This document shows, one piece after another, positions 12,940 to 25,191 of a DNA stretch of 64,000 nt. Positions within the stretch are counted from its first letter, which is position 1; each line of letters begins with the position of its first letter. Origin of the DNA: Perkinsus olseni (lineage: Eukaryota); contig JABANN010000094.1 of the NCBI GenBank assembly GCA_013115125.1, forward strand, positions 1 through 64,000, written 5' to 3'. A model generated the notes under the pieces. That model was given only the letters and a program-made list of their open reading frames with translations. It was not told the DNA's origin and did no database searches. The position numbers were made by a program, and so were the translations under genes.

Positions 12940-15249
12940 TCATCATCAGCCCTTCTCTCAGTGAAAGGGCTCCTCGTTCGAGACTCAAGGGACTCACCAA
13001 AGGTGTCGCTTTTGGGCGGCGTCTGCCTTAAATTGAACCTAGGAAGAGTAGGTCTGATGGCACCGCCAGAGAAGGCCTTTCAACCTACTCCGAAACCGCC
13101 TTCTGTAGATTGGCTGCCAATCCTGTCGGACCACAGGCGACCTCCAGCATCTCCTTCATTTTCTCCCGAGAGTCGGCCTCCACTGCTCGCAACACCTGCA
13201 GCGAATAGAACCCAATCTAAACTGCTCGGCGCCGATGCGAGTCGAACAATGGGAAGAGGCAGTCTCACGCCGGCTTGCAGGTCTATCCGCCCGTTGACGC
13301 ATGTGAAGAGCTTCTCCTCGGCTCCACCAGGCAGGAGTATCTTGCCCTGTATCGCAGCTTCAAGATCGGGTTCCAAGGCCTAGCAGTGAGGAATAGACAG
13401 GGACCGGGAGATAAAGGCCGTGGCTGAGTTTCACCTCGACATTCGAGTAGCCAAGATCTCGGGATATCCGCTGCAGAGGCACCTCCCGAAAAGCACTGCA
13501 ATAGTCTGTGAGGCATCTCATTCGAGCACATCGGCCAATGGCCTGGCACGGACAAATGACACCCTACGACAGTAGAGTGACGCCCTACGTGTGCTCGATG
13601 CCCGATGAGGGGGTCATACACTAAGTCCTTGACATACTCGTCAACCAGAGCAAGGCATTGTGCATAACGGCAGTCAACAACGCTGTCGACCAGGTCTTGC
13701 AGGCGGGGGTATTCGCACAGGACTGAAACGGATGGGAGAGTCCCCATGGACTGGCTCCAACAGGGCTGCCATCACCTCGAAGGAGCCCCGAGGAGCTGTT
13801 GCCGGCTTGAACGGCCGCGTCGGCATCGCAGGCTATCCCTTCCTTCAACTGGGCCCGGGTGTTGGCGCTGGCGATGCGGCAGAGCACGGCAGTCGTGCAG
13901 GCAGTACCTTCACCGATAGAATCATGGGAGCCGAATTCGAGCGAACGATGTGACGCTCACGGTGAGTGACCTACCGACGCTGATGAGGCCACCCAAGGAC
14001 CCGCACAAAAGGCTCGCAGCAGCAGGGGGGACGTCCTGGAAGGCGGCGCATGGCAAGCAGTAAGGCGTTGCGTCACTCGTCTGCTTACATGCATGTTGAC
14101 TTTAGTGAGAGTATTAGCGGCCGTTGAATACGCTCCATTTGCAGCACTACAGAGGCCCTGTAGACAGCTCACAGCTGCCCTTAGCGACCCCACATTGGGA
14201 ATACTGGGCGTATCTGAGCAACGGCATACCAAGCACAAAGCATGAGAGATGGGAGGAAGAGCGCGACGGGCCATCCTCCAGTAGACGCCTTGCGAAGGAT
14301 ACTTCCTCAGTGCTACAGGCCAGACGGGCGCTGTAGCTAGACAATTCAATAGCGATTCACCCGATCGATCATCCCTTCCCAGCGTGCGTGGAGCCTGACC
14401 TGATAGTATTTGGGACACCTTAGCCGCAAAGAGGTGTACGTCACTGGCCTTGCCAATCAGCACAGCCAGCTCACACATATTTATATACATCTCAGCGTAC
14501 TGTCCTGGAGTGGAGCACCTGACCACACAACTCACCATCCGCGACGACCTTCTGAAGGGGCTACCTCTCCCTGTAGGAGATCCCCTGCATCCCTGGTCTG
14601 CCACTACCCTGACCGCATGTATACCTGCGGACGTTCCGAGAGTTCGGCGAATTACGGTATGGCTTCACTGACCATTGGAGAGCAAGAGAGAAGTCATGAG
14701 CTTGCGCCGCCTGCCGAATGATCCTGTCCATAGCCAGCCGACAGCTCTCCTTAATCTGCGATACCGTACAGTGTCGAAGATCCTGCTCCAGTTGCGCCTG
14801 ACATTGGAAGCCTTCCTTGCCGCCGCCAAGCGGAACTCAGATTAGCGTGAACGAACCTCGACTTCTCACCATAATTTCGTTGTTAGATTTTATGACTTGC
14901 TGAGCCCACGCCTCATCAGCTCGGAGACTCTGTCCTCCTAGGCTCGGGGCCAGCTGGTTGTACTGGTGGACAGCCCTGAGGTACCCCTGCCCGTCCCGCG
15001 AGTGATGTCGAAGGAGCTCAACCAGGGACCTCAACAGCAGTCAATGAACCAGCCCTCTCTCGATCGAGCGATGTACTTGTATGCACTGGCCTTCACAGCA
15101 TCGGGAACCTTGCCCACCCCGGCCCTTTCGATTCCCTCCGCAACATGCCACAGTCGAGCAGCGGCTGCATGGGGCGAGAACACTGAGCGGTCCTTCAGAC
15201 TGGCCCAAAAACTCTCCGACGGGGGCGGGAGCTCGACTGCCGACTGCAT
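12940..15249 (-). CDS. COP9 signalosome subunit 1-like PCI-domain protein (3' end approximate)
   Basis: IKESCRLA resembles the CSN1 IKESIR motif; RPN7-like helical region; PCI-like C-terminus (CRYAQCLALVD..YDPLIG..GRIDLQAG). Confidence 0.6.
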
Positions 15250-15436
15250 GGGCAACAACGACAACAACTGCTAAGGACTCGTTGTGAGATTCCCACTTCC
15301 CTTCCAACAGCGGTCCGAGAAGACCGGCTGCAGTTCCAACGTAAATACTCGAGCAGTTTCGCCACGGTAGAAATCGGGGAGAATAACCAAGAGAGAGCTC
15401 ACCCATGTGGTAAGATACCGATACTCAGAAAAAATC

Positions 15437-16153
15437 CTAATCGGTGAGCTCGAAGACAGCGCCGATCTCGACGGCCACGCCGAGAGGAAGAGATGAGCAG
15501 CCGACGGCGAAACGACTGAGGGCCGATGCCGATTCGACCGCGTCGCGCTGCCGAAACCACCCACCTGTGTCGCCCAACATCCCCTCCAAAAACACTGACG
15601 AGCAGATCGCTGCACCCGTTTATAACCTGTAAGTGCACGCTATGAGACGGGGCTGTGACGGCCCGTCCTACTTTGGGGTGGTCCGTAAACTCCGGGGTGG
15701 CGTTGACAAAGGCTTCCACCTTGACAACAGACTTCACTCTTGACAGATCTCCTCCACAGGCTTCCTTAACCTACACTGTGGTTGTTGGTCGCCGAATAAT
15801 AAGATACAACACCCTCACCTGAGCGATCATGTTCAGAGCGCACAACTTGGCAGCAGCTTGGCCTTGCTCCACGGTGAAGTCTTGACCGAGTTTACCAGTC
15901 AATAGAACCGAGGAGCCGTTTTCGTCCACCCTCTTAGGAATTTGCCCACTCAAAAACCTGATGATCCATCATCAGAAAATTTCTTAATGTGCGCTGACAG
16001 TATCGGCGGTCACGGTCCTGTTCAAGTATCAGCAGAGCTCCGTACGACCTACAGGAGATTGCCTGTCCTCCTGAAGGGGACGTAGTTGGCGAGAGGAGTT
16101 GTAGCCGCGGGAAGCTTCAGACCCAGAGAAGCAATGCGAGACTCGATAGACAT
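15437..16153 (-). CDS. RidA/YjgF/YER057c/UK114-family enamine deaminase, copy 1
   Basis: MSIESRIASLGLKLP..ANYVPF; SGQIP; VVKVEAFVNATPEFTDHPKVINGCSDLL; GRHSRFAVGCSSLPLGVAVEI. Confidence 0.9.
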
Positions 16154-16399
16154 CACCCAAAAAACTGGTAAATGTGACAGCGCTCCTTAAAATAACTCTC
16201 GACTCGCCAGGCATTGTAGACAGCACAGTTCTCGTCTTCGTGCCGAAGAAGTCTCATTGCCTCGGGTAGCAAAGCAGGCAGCAGTGATCACTACCCGATG
16301 AAACTCCGCTACCTGCTAACGTTTCCATTCCCATTACAGCTATGGAGCGTTTGGACGCGCACCCAACCGGTTATCCAGAATGGAACCTACCGTTCGGCG

Positions 16400-16679
16400 A
16401 GATGGTCGTTGCGGGGGCCCCGCGGGGCGGGGGGGGGGGGGGCCCCCCCCCCCCCAAAAAAACCCCGCGGGTCGGGGGGGGGGGGAAATGTATACTTTTA
16501 AAAGCGGCAATCTTGGGCACCTATTTTTAAGTAGGCCGCGCGNNNNNNNNNNAAAAAAACCAAATAACCTTTTGGGGGTTTTGGCCCCCCCCCCCACGGT
16601 TTAACCATTATTCACCCACCGGGGGGGGCTTTTGGGGCGCCGCCCCCCCCGCCCCGCGGGGCCCCCGCAACGACCATCT
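16400..16679. repeat. GC-rich inverted repeat of about 38 bp flanking low-complexity sequence and an N gap
   Basis: agatggtcgttgcgggggccccgcggggcggggggg at 16400 and its reverse complement ending at 16679; 10 Ns at 16543-16552. Confidence 0.8.
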
Positions 16680-16814
16680 ACGGACAATTGAGAAGCTCAA
16701 GTCATCGTTGAACTGAAACGCATATTCAAGTCGTTGAATTAACAGAGTGTAGTGAACTCGCTGATGCTTTCGACATCAGAAATTCGAATGGACAAAGTGC
16801 CACGAGCTGCGATG

Positions 16815-16890
16815 ACTCCGTCACGGCTTCGGAGACGTGCCCAATGCCAACAGCGACGCCCAGCGGTATAGAGCAGCCCCTAAGTCGACT
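16815..16890 (-). pseudogene. Degenerate relic of the RidA last exon
   Basis: SRLRGCSIPLGVAVGIGHVSE aligns to SRFAVGCSSLPLGVAVEIGAVFE of the RidA genes; no upstream exons recognisable. Confidence 0.6.
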
Positions 16891-17720
16891 CGGATGAAAA
16901 AACACGACTTGGAAAACCACCGCCAGAGCAAACAAGTGAGGGCAGAATAACTCGGGAACGAACCGGACTTCTATGACCGAGATTGAGGAGTTCTTTTCTG
17001 TTGATTGTCATTCCATCTGCACTACCACTCGAAATGGTGCTCTGCTGTCCATCTACTTCAATCACCCAACTCTAATAGCTGTAGTTCCACTCCAGTTCCG
17101 AGATGAATCATTCATGAATGCCCACCAGCCCAACTGATGCGGATTGCCAGACTAATGGTCTCACTCCCATCCTGGTCCATTATGCTGAGCCCTCACTTCC
17201 TCGGAGTGTATGGCAATTCAGGGGGCCTGTACCGAACCCAGATTAAGTCAACAGGGAATGGAAGGCCCACCCACGCAGTCGATCGAGTGCCTGTAGTATC
17301 CCGACTCGGGATTCCCGAGAGAAAGAGCAAGCCGCAGAGCGATAGAGCACCTTTACTACCTATTCGCCGACAACAGAAAATGCGAGGCCCCCCGCATGCA
17401 GGATTTCCACATGGACTAAATCACATGTCAAAGTAGAACGTAGAAGTGTCGTTACGAAACAGACGGCGGCGCTTTGAAATTCTCAAGTTGAGTAAGCATA
17501 ACTTGAGCGCAACACCAACGGCACAAGGAGGAGAAACACCACATCTATGCAACCGAATAGCACCGCTTCAGGTCGGACCAACATTCAGCATGTTTTCGTG
17601 CATCTGCAAGAAACCCGAACACCAGCGCAGGTACAGTCTCGCTCGCCCTTTATCCGCGACCGCGCGACCGACCACTGTTCGAAGCAGTACTTCTTTAACA
17701 AGAAGTTGAAACTTTCAAAC

Positions 17721-18193
17721 ATGTTTCACAAGTTGATTGCCACGGCTATCCTGGCCATCGCTGCGGGCAGCAGCATTTTGGAGTCCATTACGGTGGAGCC
17801 ACCGGGGACGTGGGCTCAAGATATTAACGGGTAAGCTGGCTTGAATGCTCCTGATCCAATTGCTTCGCACGTTCTCTCTCAGGACCAACCCGTACAACGT
17901 TGGTTCCAAGGAATGGTTGGAGTGGGAGCTGGCCCAGATGGCGGACGCTTTCGCCCTGCCTACTGGATCCCCTCCGCCCGAGCTGACCTTCCCCCCTTTG
18001 GAGCCCACCTCCGCTCCACCAGTGCCCACCACCGCTCCTAGCGGTGGTGAGGCACTGCGCGCAAGGCGCAGCTCGGACGGGTAAGGTGGACCTCTACTCC
18101 ACTCTATTCCTCACGTCATTCTCTGTCAGGTACCGTCCAGCGACCGCCGGCTGCGCCGGTCTTTTTATACCATTTATACTTGTACTATTTTGA
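17721..18193 (+). CDS. Small secreted or putatively GPI-anchored Pro/Thr-rich protein, copy 1 (3 exons)
   Basis: Signal peptide MFHKLIATAILAIAAG; ITVEPPGTWAQ..NG|TNPY; P/T-rich linker; LRARRSSDG; hydrophobic tail AGLFIPFILVLF*. Confidence 0.8.
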
Positions 18194-19671
18194 TGATTTG
18201 ATTGATGCGTGCAAAATGAACGATCCTCTCGGTTGAGTTTTGCTAGTGGGGTATCCGGGGTTGGAACTCATAATAGAGTAATTCGTTCACCAGATCAGTA
18301 TTTGCAGCGAGTCATTGCTAATGACCCTTTCCCTCAAGTGTCGAGTGTGGAACTACAGTAGTTCTTCACTCAACGTAGAAGTTCAACTACTGTGATACTG
18401 CGCCTTGTGATTGCGTCAGCTACGATAAACATTAGTATATTAGCTCAGCTCCCTCATCCATTGTACCATATTTCACTGTACTGATATCTGTTACAGTAAC
18501 AGTGTTACTCTTTAATTAAGAGTCTTCAAATGTGTAATTGGTAATTCAATACTGAGCGATGAAGAGTCTTCATCACTTAGTATTGAATAACCAATTACAT
18601 TCGGTAAATTTTGCTCATCGTAGCCGCTATGATAGCGGCGCTATCCCTCCACTAGACGGAATCCAGGTTGCGTACTGTTGCTCGGTCGGATTCAACGAAA
18701 TCGACAAGTCTCACTCACGCAACTTCAGACTTTCATGCGATTTTCTGCACCTATTTCCGTCGAAAAATAACTTAACCAGCCCTGCATCGCCTTGCTTCGA
18801 CGACCTTGGGCTCCTCCAGCACCCGAAGCAGGTAGACTGCCCAGGCGATCTAGCCATAGCGCTGCTATGATAGCGGCTGTTCGCGGCCGATTGCATGAAG
18901 GACACCTTCCGAAGGCGATATCCGTGCTCCGCGAGCTTGTAACGACCCATATATGACGACTACGGTACAGTATGCGGACGCGCCGTGCGCACCGAAACGC
19001 CATGCAGCACGACATTTTGAGGCCCCCTGCACGCCGCTTGCATCATAGCAGTCACCGAGGAAGCCGACCACTGATCAGCAATCAGGCCACGTAGCACAAT
19101 AATGCGTAACTCACTTGTTTCCCCTGGCCTCCAGAAGTCAATATTCCTGATGAGGACGACCAATTCGCAAGCCTTGGCCACGCGAGCTCTCTCAATGCGC
19201 TTAGGCTCAGCGGCTTAGCCGGGGTGGTTAAGCCTCTATGGTCAGCAGTTGTCGAGCAGCGAAAGCATGGGGCGAGGAGCTCGGCAAAGTCCGTCATGTG
19301 ACATCATGTCACATGACTCATGTCCGCCAGTTCTGAGAATCGAGCGAGCAGCGCCCGTGTTCACTGACAAGACAGCCAGAGATTGACCAGCGATTTTCTA
19401 CTGCAACGACGCATCACTGATACGGCATGCCCCCCAACAGCTCCTACTCAAAGTACAACACTCCGTCAATCGTTATTCGTAGGTAGAGCAAAGATTGGTC
19501 ACCAAACTGCTGTGGACTGCTGTTGGCAATACCTTTAATAAAGTAATGCAAGTCAAGAGCACATTTGAAACACACATTAGAGTCGTCGAATAAACACAGC
19601 GTGATGAAAACCGCTGAAGCCTTTACAGCACAAAGATGAATACTCAATCGGCAATCAAGAAATCTAGTCGC

Positions 19672-20424
19672 TCAGTCAGACACCTCGAAGACACCGCCAA
19701 TCTCAACAGCGACTCCCATAGGTAGAGAGGAGCATCCAATAGCGAAGCGACTGAGGACAGGAAAAAAGCGTAAGAAGGTACCGACGAAATTTAAGCGCAC
19801 GGCGTTTAACAGAAAACTCGAGCGTACTATAGGTAGCGGAGAGTTACTCAAGTTGCCATGACTCACCTATGACGACCAACATCTTCACCGAACACAGCAA
19901 CCAACAGATCGCTGCAGCCATTGATGACCTGAGCGGCATAAGCGAACATGTTTAGGAAGGACTAATAAAGAAGCTAAAGGGCTACCTTGGGTTGGTCCAC
20001 AAAATCCGGGGTAGAGTTAACAAATGCTTCCACCTTCACAACAGACTTCACCTTCGAGAGATCACCTCCGCAGGCCTCTTTAACCTTCGAACGAGGGTAC
20101 GCGAAATTCCTCCTCGCTACTCAATTATCTACCTGCGCTATCACGTTCAAACCGCAAGCCTTAGCAGCGGCCTGACCCTCCTCGACTGTGCAACTTTCTC
20201 CGAGTTTACCTTGGTGGAAGAAGGCCGACCCGTCCTCCTTAACCTCTTTGGGGAGCTGTCCACTTACGAACCTACCAAGAGAGCTCACCGGGACGGAGTA
20301 CCCCCATGATTCCCTACACTAAATGGCCTGACTTTCTATAAGGCACGTAGTTCGCCAGAGGAGTAGCGCCGGAAGGAAGAGTGAGACCGAGCGATGCTAT
20401 GCGAGATTCCGGACTAGATGACAT
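19672..20424 (-). CDS. RidA/YjgF-family enamine deaminase, copy 2
   Basis: MSSSPESRIASLGLTLP..ANYVPY; GQLP; KVEAFVNSTPDFVDQPKVINGCSDLL; SRFAIGCSSLPMGVAVEIGGVFEVSD*. Confidence 0.9.
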
Positions 20425-20639
20425 CATAAAATATAAAACAGTAACAGCTGGCGGGGTCAGAATAACCAAAGTCCCAAGGCCAAGATACGAAAGGGCAAGT
20501 GAAAAATGATTCCACTAGCCATCGGAAGATTCGAGCTAGCGCGGTTTCCCTGCCTTTCGACGCATGATAAAACTGGAGCAATTGACCGAGACTCAACATA
20601 ACATACGGGAAGGTCCATAGAAATCACATATTCATGAGA

Positions 20640-21662
20640 GAACGCAGGAACGTCGTCTGGTGACTTCGCACCCGACAGGCCCGGTGAAATCGAACCTAGC
20701 AGGCGCAGTGATAACCTGCGAGCATGTCGAGAGAGGGACAGGCCTTGTGTAGGCGAGCACGTAAGATCTGTCCCCACCCACAGCGGACCTCCATTACCGC
20801 TCGCTTGCTACGCCCCTCTAGCTCGACTGATCTCATCTTCCTTTTCCTCAGGTTCAACAAGAGCGACGATGCCATCTCTGCGGAGATCGGCAGTATGGCC
20901 TTGATGATTACCGAAGTAAACATATCTACACACTAAAAGTCACATATGAAAACCTATAATGGCAGCAGAACTATTCTCGCACCGGCCGCGATACTTCGCT
21001 GGTTACCGACGAACAACGGTACCACACTTCGCTCAGCGTGGCTGCCACGCACAGTGCTCTCCACATGCCCAACTTACCGCGCAAAGTCAGCTTGATACTT
21101 CTTTATTTTCCCAACCTTCATCCTCTTCTCCAATAGCTCTTCAATCTGCATAACGATCCTCCGCCACTGGTTAACCATCACATCGTCCGCTTGCCTCACT
21201 TCCTTTTCCACTGCATTCAGTCGACGCTCCCAGTAGAGCACCTCCTCAAAATACCGACTAGCTTGCTGCTGGTGGAAGTCCACAAGCCCATTGTTCTTCT
21301 CCAAGTTCCTGTAGACCGTGCTTCGAAGTTGTATCCCGTTTAATCGAAGCAATCCAGATGCTCGCCATCGGGACTTCTCACATGTCGAGTACATCCAGCT
21401 GCTGCCTGATGTTCACCACCAGCGTGCTGGTCCCGACTGCCCTCGGTTTGCTCTCGTTCGAGGGCTCTACTCGGCGGCGCTTGGCCAATGAAGCCAACAG
21501 CTCCGCCCTTCGCTTCCTCGCTGGCTCCACAGAAGCAGCTTCCCCGCCACCCCTGTGCGCTCGAGTTATCCGAAGTGGCTCGTTCAAAACAACAGTAGCG
21601 ACCGCGAAGTCAATCGTTGTGATGTCTTCCTCACATTCATCAGGATCACAAAATTCGTTCAT
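20640..21662 (-). CDS. Hypothetical protein with basic NLS-like and coiled-coil segments (ends approximate)
   Basis: ORFs 21378-21728, 21074-21394 and 20696-20923 link through short introns; ARKRR..AKRRR. Confidence 0.5.
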
Positions 21663-21849
21663 AATGCAAACAAGACGACAAGTCAACTGCAAATGTGCAA
21701 TTCCCGCTGCCAAAATGGTACACAACAATCACAGCTGGTCATTCGAAATCACGTTAGCACACCGCTGTCCCTTCAGTTCTACAATGTCAGCCATTACGAA
21801 TGGCACTAGAGCTCTGCTGCAAGTCTTCCAAATTAATTGACGATTTACC

Positions 21850-23224
21850 TACTTCACCTGCAAAAAACATCGCTGGCCCTTTCGCCCGGAGAGAGGTCAA
21901 GAGGCTCAAATTCAACTCCTAAGAGTGTAGAAGAAGGGTTGAGATGGAACGACTGAGTGAGAGCCCGAGGGGAGGAGCTCACCTTCCAAATTGGTTTCCT
22001 TAGGCCACCATATTTTGTCGATACTCATGATGGAGTCCTTCTCCAATTCTTGGGCTACCGCTATAGCTGCATCGGTTACTTTACGAGTCACCTAGTGAAT
22101 TGCATAACTACACTGGTTAACGTCTGCCACGAGGTGCGGACAGGCACCATGATGGATGCTCCAACTGCAACCCACATTCTACTACCTCTTCGGCCGGCTT
22201 GTCCGCATCAAATATCTGCCAGAAGGGCTCCTTCTCGAACCGCGTGTACATCCTCCGCACCTGCACGGGATTGCTCCGTCACTCGAAGAGAAGTAGACGG
22301 CAGTCGGCATGTGCTACCCACCTTCACTTGCACTTCCTTCTTCTCGTACCGCTCCTCGCCATATGCGCCTCTTCTGGCAGCAGCCTCCGGGCTCAAATCC
22401 AGGAACACAACCATGTCAGGTTTGGGGAGGCCGACCTGCCTTGAGACTAGGAAAGAGCAGCAGAAGGCATTTCTGCAAGTGACTGCCCTCTTCTCCCAAG
22501 CACGGTATATGATTCATCACAACTCTACTTAGCTCTGGGCGATTCTCCGGCAGTCAGCAGCGTCACTCCCATCCAAGAGTCCTACGTCTACGCTTTTGCA
22601 CCATTCGAAGTCCGCCGTTCCCTTCATTGCGGTATATGCCACCCCAGAGAATATATATCGGTCACAGACTGAGATAGTAAAAGATGAACAGAATGAACCA
22701 ACCGACAGAGCCTAGCATACCAATATGTTTTCCCGCAGCCAAGTGGCTCAGCATCTCCGACATCGCCTCCCACCTGAGCGATGCAGGGTCTATACTGCCC
22801 TATGACGCGGGGCAAACCGACATCCGAAAACACAGCCACGGAACCCCACCGCTACCTATTCGCCGAGAACAGTAAGTGTACAGCCTCGTCGCGCATGCTA
22901 TATGATGGGTCCCTCAAGTACGTGTCCAGCATTTTGCCAATCGCGCCGCTGTTGCGGCGAGGGAACCCCATCTCCACCACCTGAAACACGAGATTGACTT
23001 CTCAATGTCCCACGACCTTTCCAACAAGACCAACGAGTCAACTATTCCTTCGTAGATAGACGCTTCTCGTTCCCGGATGAGCGCATTCCGACTCGGGATT
23101 CGAATATCCTAGAGGTCACCTCCTTTCCTGTTCTGCGCCTTAAAGCCTCACTGATACGTCTAAGCTGCGTTGACTTGCCCGACCTGTCCAGCCCCTCCAA
23201 AACAATGAATGCACCTCGAGCCAT
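21850..23224 (-). CDS. DTYMK: Thymidylate kinase (dTMP kinase); 3' end approximate
   Basis: [21 protein letters not shown]-loop; [39 protein letters not shown]. Confidence 0.92.
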
Positions 23225-23863
23225 GCAGGCTCACCCTGGCGGCACGGAAAGAAAAAACACTGTAGACACGTACGGCAAGTGGACAACCAAGACGTGATCT
23301 ACATCGAGACACGAGATGCGACGACGGCTGATCCCAAGGACTCAGTAATGGAGCGGCGCTCGCGGTACTCAACGGCTATCACAAGGACCGAAGAGAATTT
23401 GGAGAGCTATTCGCATCTCCAGTTGGAAAGCGCGCCATACCATTTTGACGTCACTGGACTGACTTTGAACGACCTGCGCGGCTCGCAGCTCTACCTAACA
23501 GACTGGCTGATTCCAACTTGCAATTCGCAATTTGCAAGTCCGCGACCAATCAGAAGGATGCGACGATCGACAACACTTTAGAATCCCACCCATGGCAGCT
23601 TCGATTATACGCTTGACCTCAGCACAACAGAAGCGGGGTATCCTTAAGAAACTCTGCAACATAGGGGCCATGCATGACTCACGCAGCGTGAGGACTCTTG
23701 CTAATGGGATCACAATCACGAGACGTGGTCCACAGTGAAGTGGGAGGAGGACAAGGAACTACTAGGAGCGTTATGAAAGACCACATAGGTGATCGACTGG
23801 AATACCCAATTCCACTTTTTTGCCACTCGGCTTAACGGAGTCCGTCAATAACAGAAGTTATTC

Positions 23864-24490
23864 TCAATCATAATGCGAGAGGCCTTTGGCTACCCTGTAC
23901 TGTAACTCGTCCTCCACGTCTGCCATACACTTGCCCTCGAGCAGAGCTCTGTTCAAGTTGTGCGCCAGTACCTTCATCGCCAGCCAGTGACTGCTGCAAC
24001 AAACTGAGGTGTTCCCAATTTCTAACTCTCCCTTTACCCAGTTACGGTATTCGTAGTAATCATCCACCGAGACCGTAGCACCTCTGCCGGGGCCAAGGCA
24101 TAGGTCCGCGAAGTGCATAGTATTCAATAGCCGCATGAGCGACTGTACCAGTGTGTCATAATCCACCACAATCGAGCCGCTCGTAGAGCCTCTCCGGTAC
24201 AGGTGGGGATGTACAGAAAGGAGGATAGGCAACTGCTTGAATGCCCAGGATAATGTTGCCAGGTTCGTTTGCAGCGAGTTTGGAAGCAGAAAACCGTCGA
24301 GAATACGACAATCCCCACCATCGCTACGTCTCCCTCTAGGTAATGAGCCGTATGTAGCCTGTTCCCCAGGACACTTCTGAAGTCCTGTGGCAGACGTCGT
24401 ACAACCAGAGAAGCCGCCGAGGAGCAGTTGAGGCGTGTTGGATTCAAAAAACGAGGAGGGAGGAGGCGTACCAACATGAGACGAAGGCAT
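23864..24490 (-). CDS. Hypothetical protein (single 208-aa ORF)
   Basis: Uninterrupted ATG-to-stop ORF with protein-like composition; no recognised motif. Confidence 0.45.
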   Translation of the reverse strand: MPSSHVGTPPPSSFFESNTPQLLLGGFSGCTTSATGLQKCPGEQATYGSLPRGRRSDGGDCRILDGFLLPNSLQTNLATLSWAFKQLPILLSVHPHLYRRGSTSGSIVVDYDTLVQSLMRLLNTMHFADLCLGPGRGATVSVDDYYEYRNWVKGELEIGNTSVCCSSHWLAMKVLAHNLNRALLEGKCMADVEDELQYRVAKGLSHYD

Positions 24491-24712
24491 TGCGCTAAAG
24501 TCTTTAGCCTAAAGATCAAGAAAACCTGGACGATATGAATTCAATCCAATTCTCTATCTTGCCTCGGCATTCAGCACTTGTTCCTGCAACTACACGAAAC
24601 GAAGCCGACCATAAGCGCACGGTCATTCTCGCTCGCCCCAAATCCGCGACCACGCGACCGGCACACTTCGGAAACATCTTTAACAGCTGAGTTTTAACAA
24701 CAAGTTGACACA

Positions 24713-25191
24713 ATGTTCTACAAGCTTATTGCCGTGGCTCTCCTGGCTGTTGCTAAGTGCAACAGCATTCTGGAGAACATCACGGTAGAGCCCCCGGGAA
24801 CGTGGGCTCAACACGTCAACGGGTGAGCTACTTTCGGTGTTGTCGGGCCGCTGAGGATGTTTTCTTTTCAGAACCAATCCGTATACCTCTGGTTCCGAGC
24901 AGTGGCTGCAGTGGGAGCTGGGCCGGTTAGTGGACGACCTCAAGGGCGGCACCCTGCCACCTGAGTCCACCTCCGCTCCACCTGAGCCCAGCTCCCCAGC
25001 GAAGTTCACCACCGCCCCACCGCAGCCCACCCATACCGGTACTGACGGTGGAGGGCTTCGAGCGAGGCGCAGCTCCGACGGGTAAGGACAGCTTATAAGA
25101 ATCCTCTCAGTTCGTCACAGCGTTCTCTATTAGGTACCGTACATCGACCGTCGGCTGGGCCGTGTGTCTTGTATTATTACTTGTATCATGA
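24713..25191 (+). CDS. Small secreted or putatively GPI-anchored Pro/Thr-rich protein, copy 2
   Basis: MFYKLIAVALLAVAKC; ITVEPPGTWAQHVNG|TNPY; LRARRSSDG; tail GWAVCLVLLLVS*; same intron positions as copy 1. Confidence 0.8.

Noticed and set aside
16340-16604. Gly/Pro-rich ORFs across the gap
   Set aside because: Products of homopolymer, low-quality sequence and Ns.
17812-17820. GGGCTCAAG partial SL match
   Set aside because: Only the last 8 nt match, and it lies within a coding exon.
18559-19297. Cluster of short minus-strand ORFs
   Set aside because: No coherent spliced product or domain could be assembled.
23279-23738. Short ORFs between thymidylate kinase and the 208-aa ORF
   Set aside because: Non-ATG starts, no motifs, no clear splice pattern.
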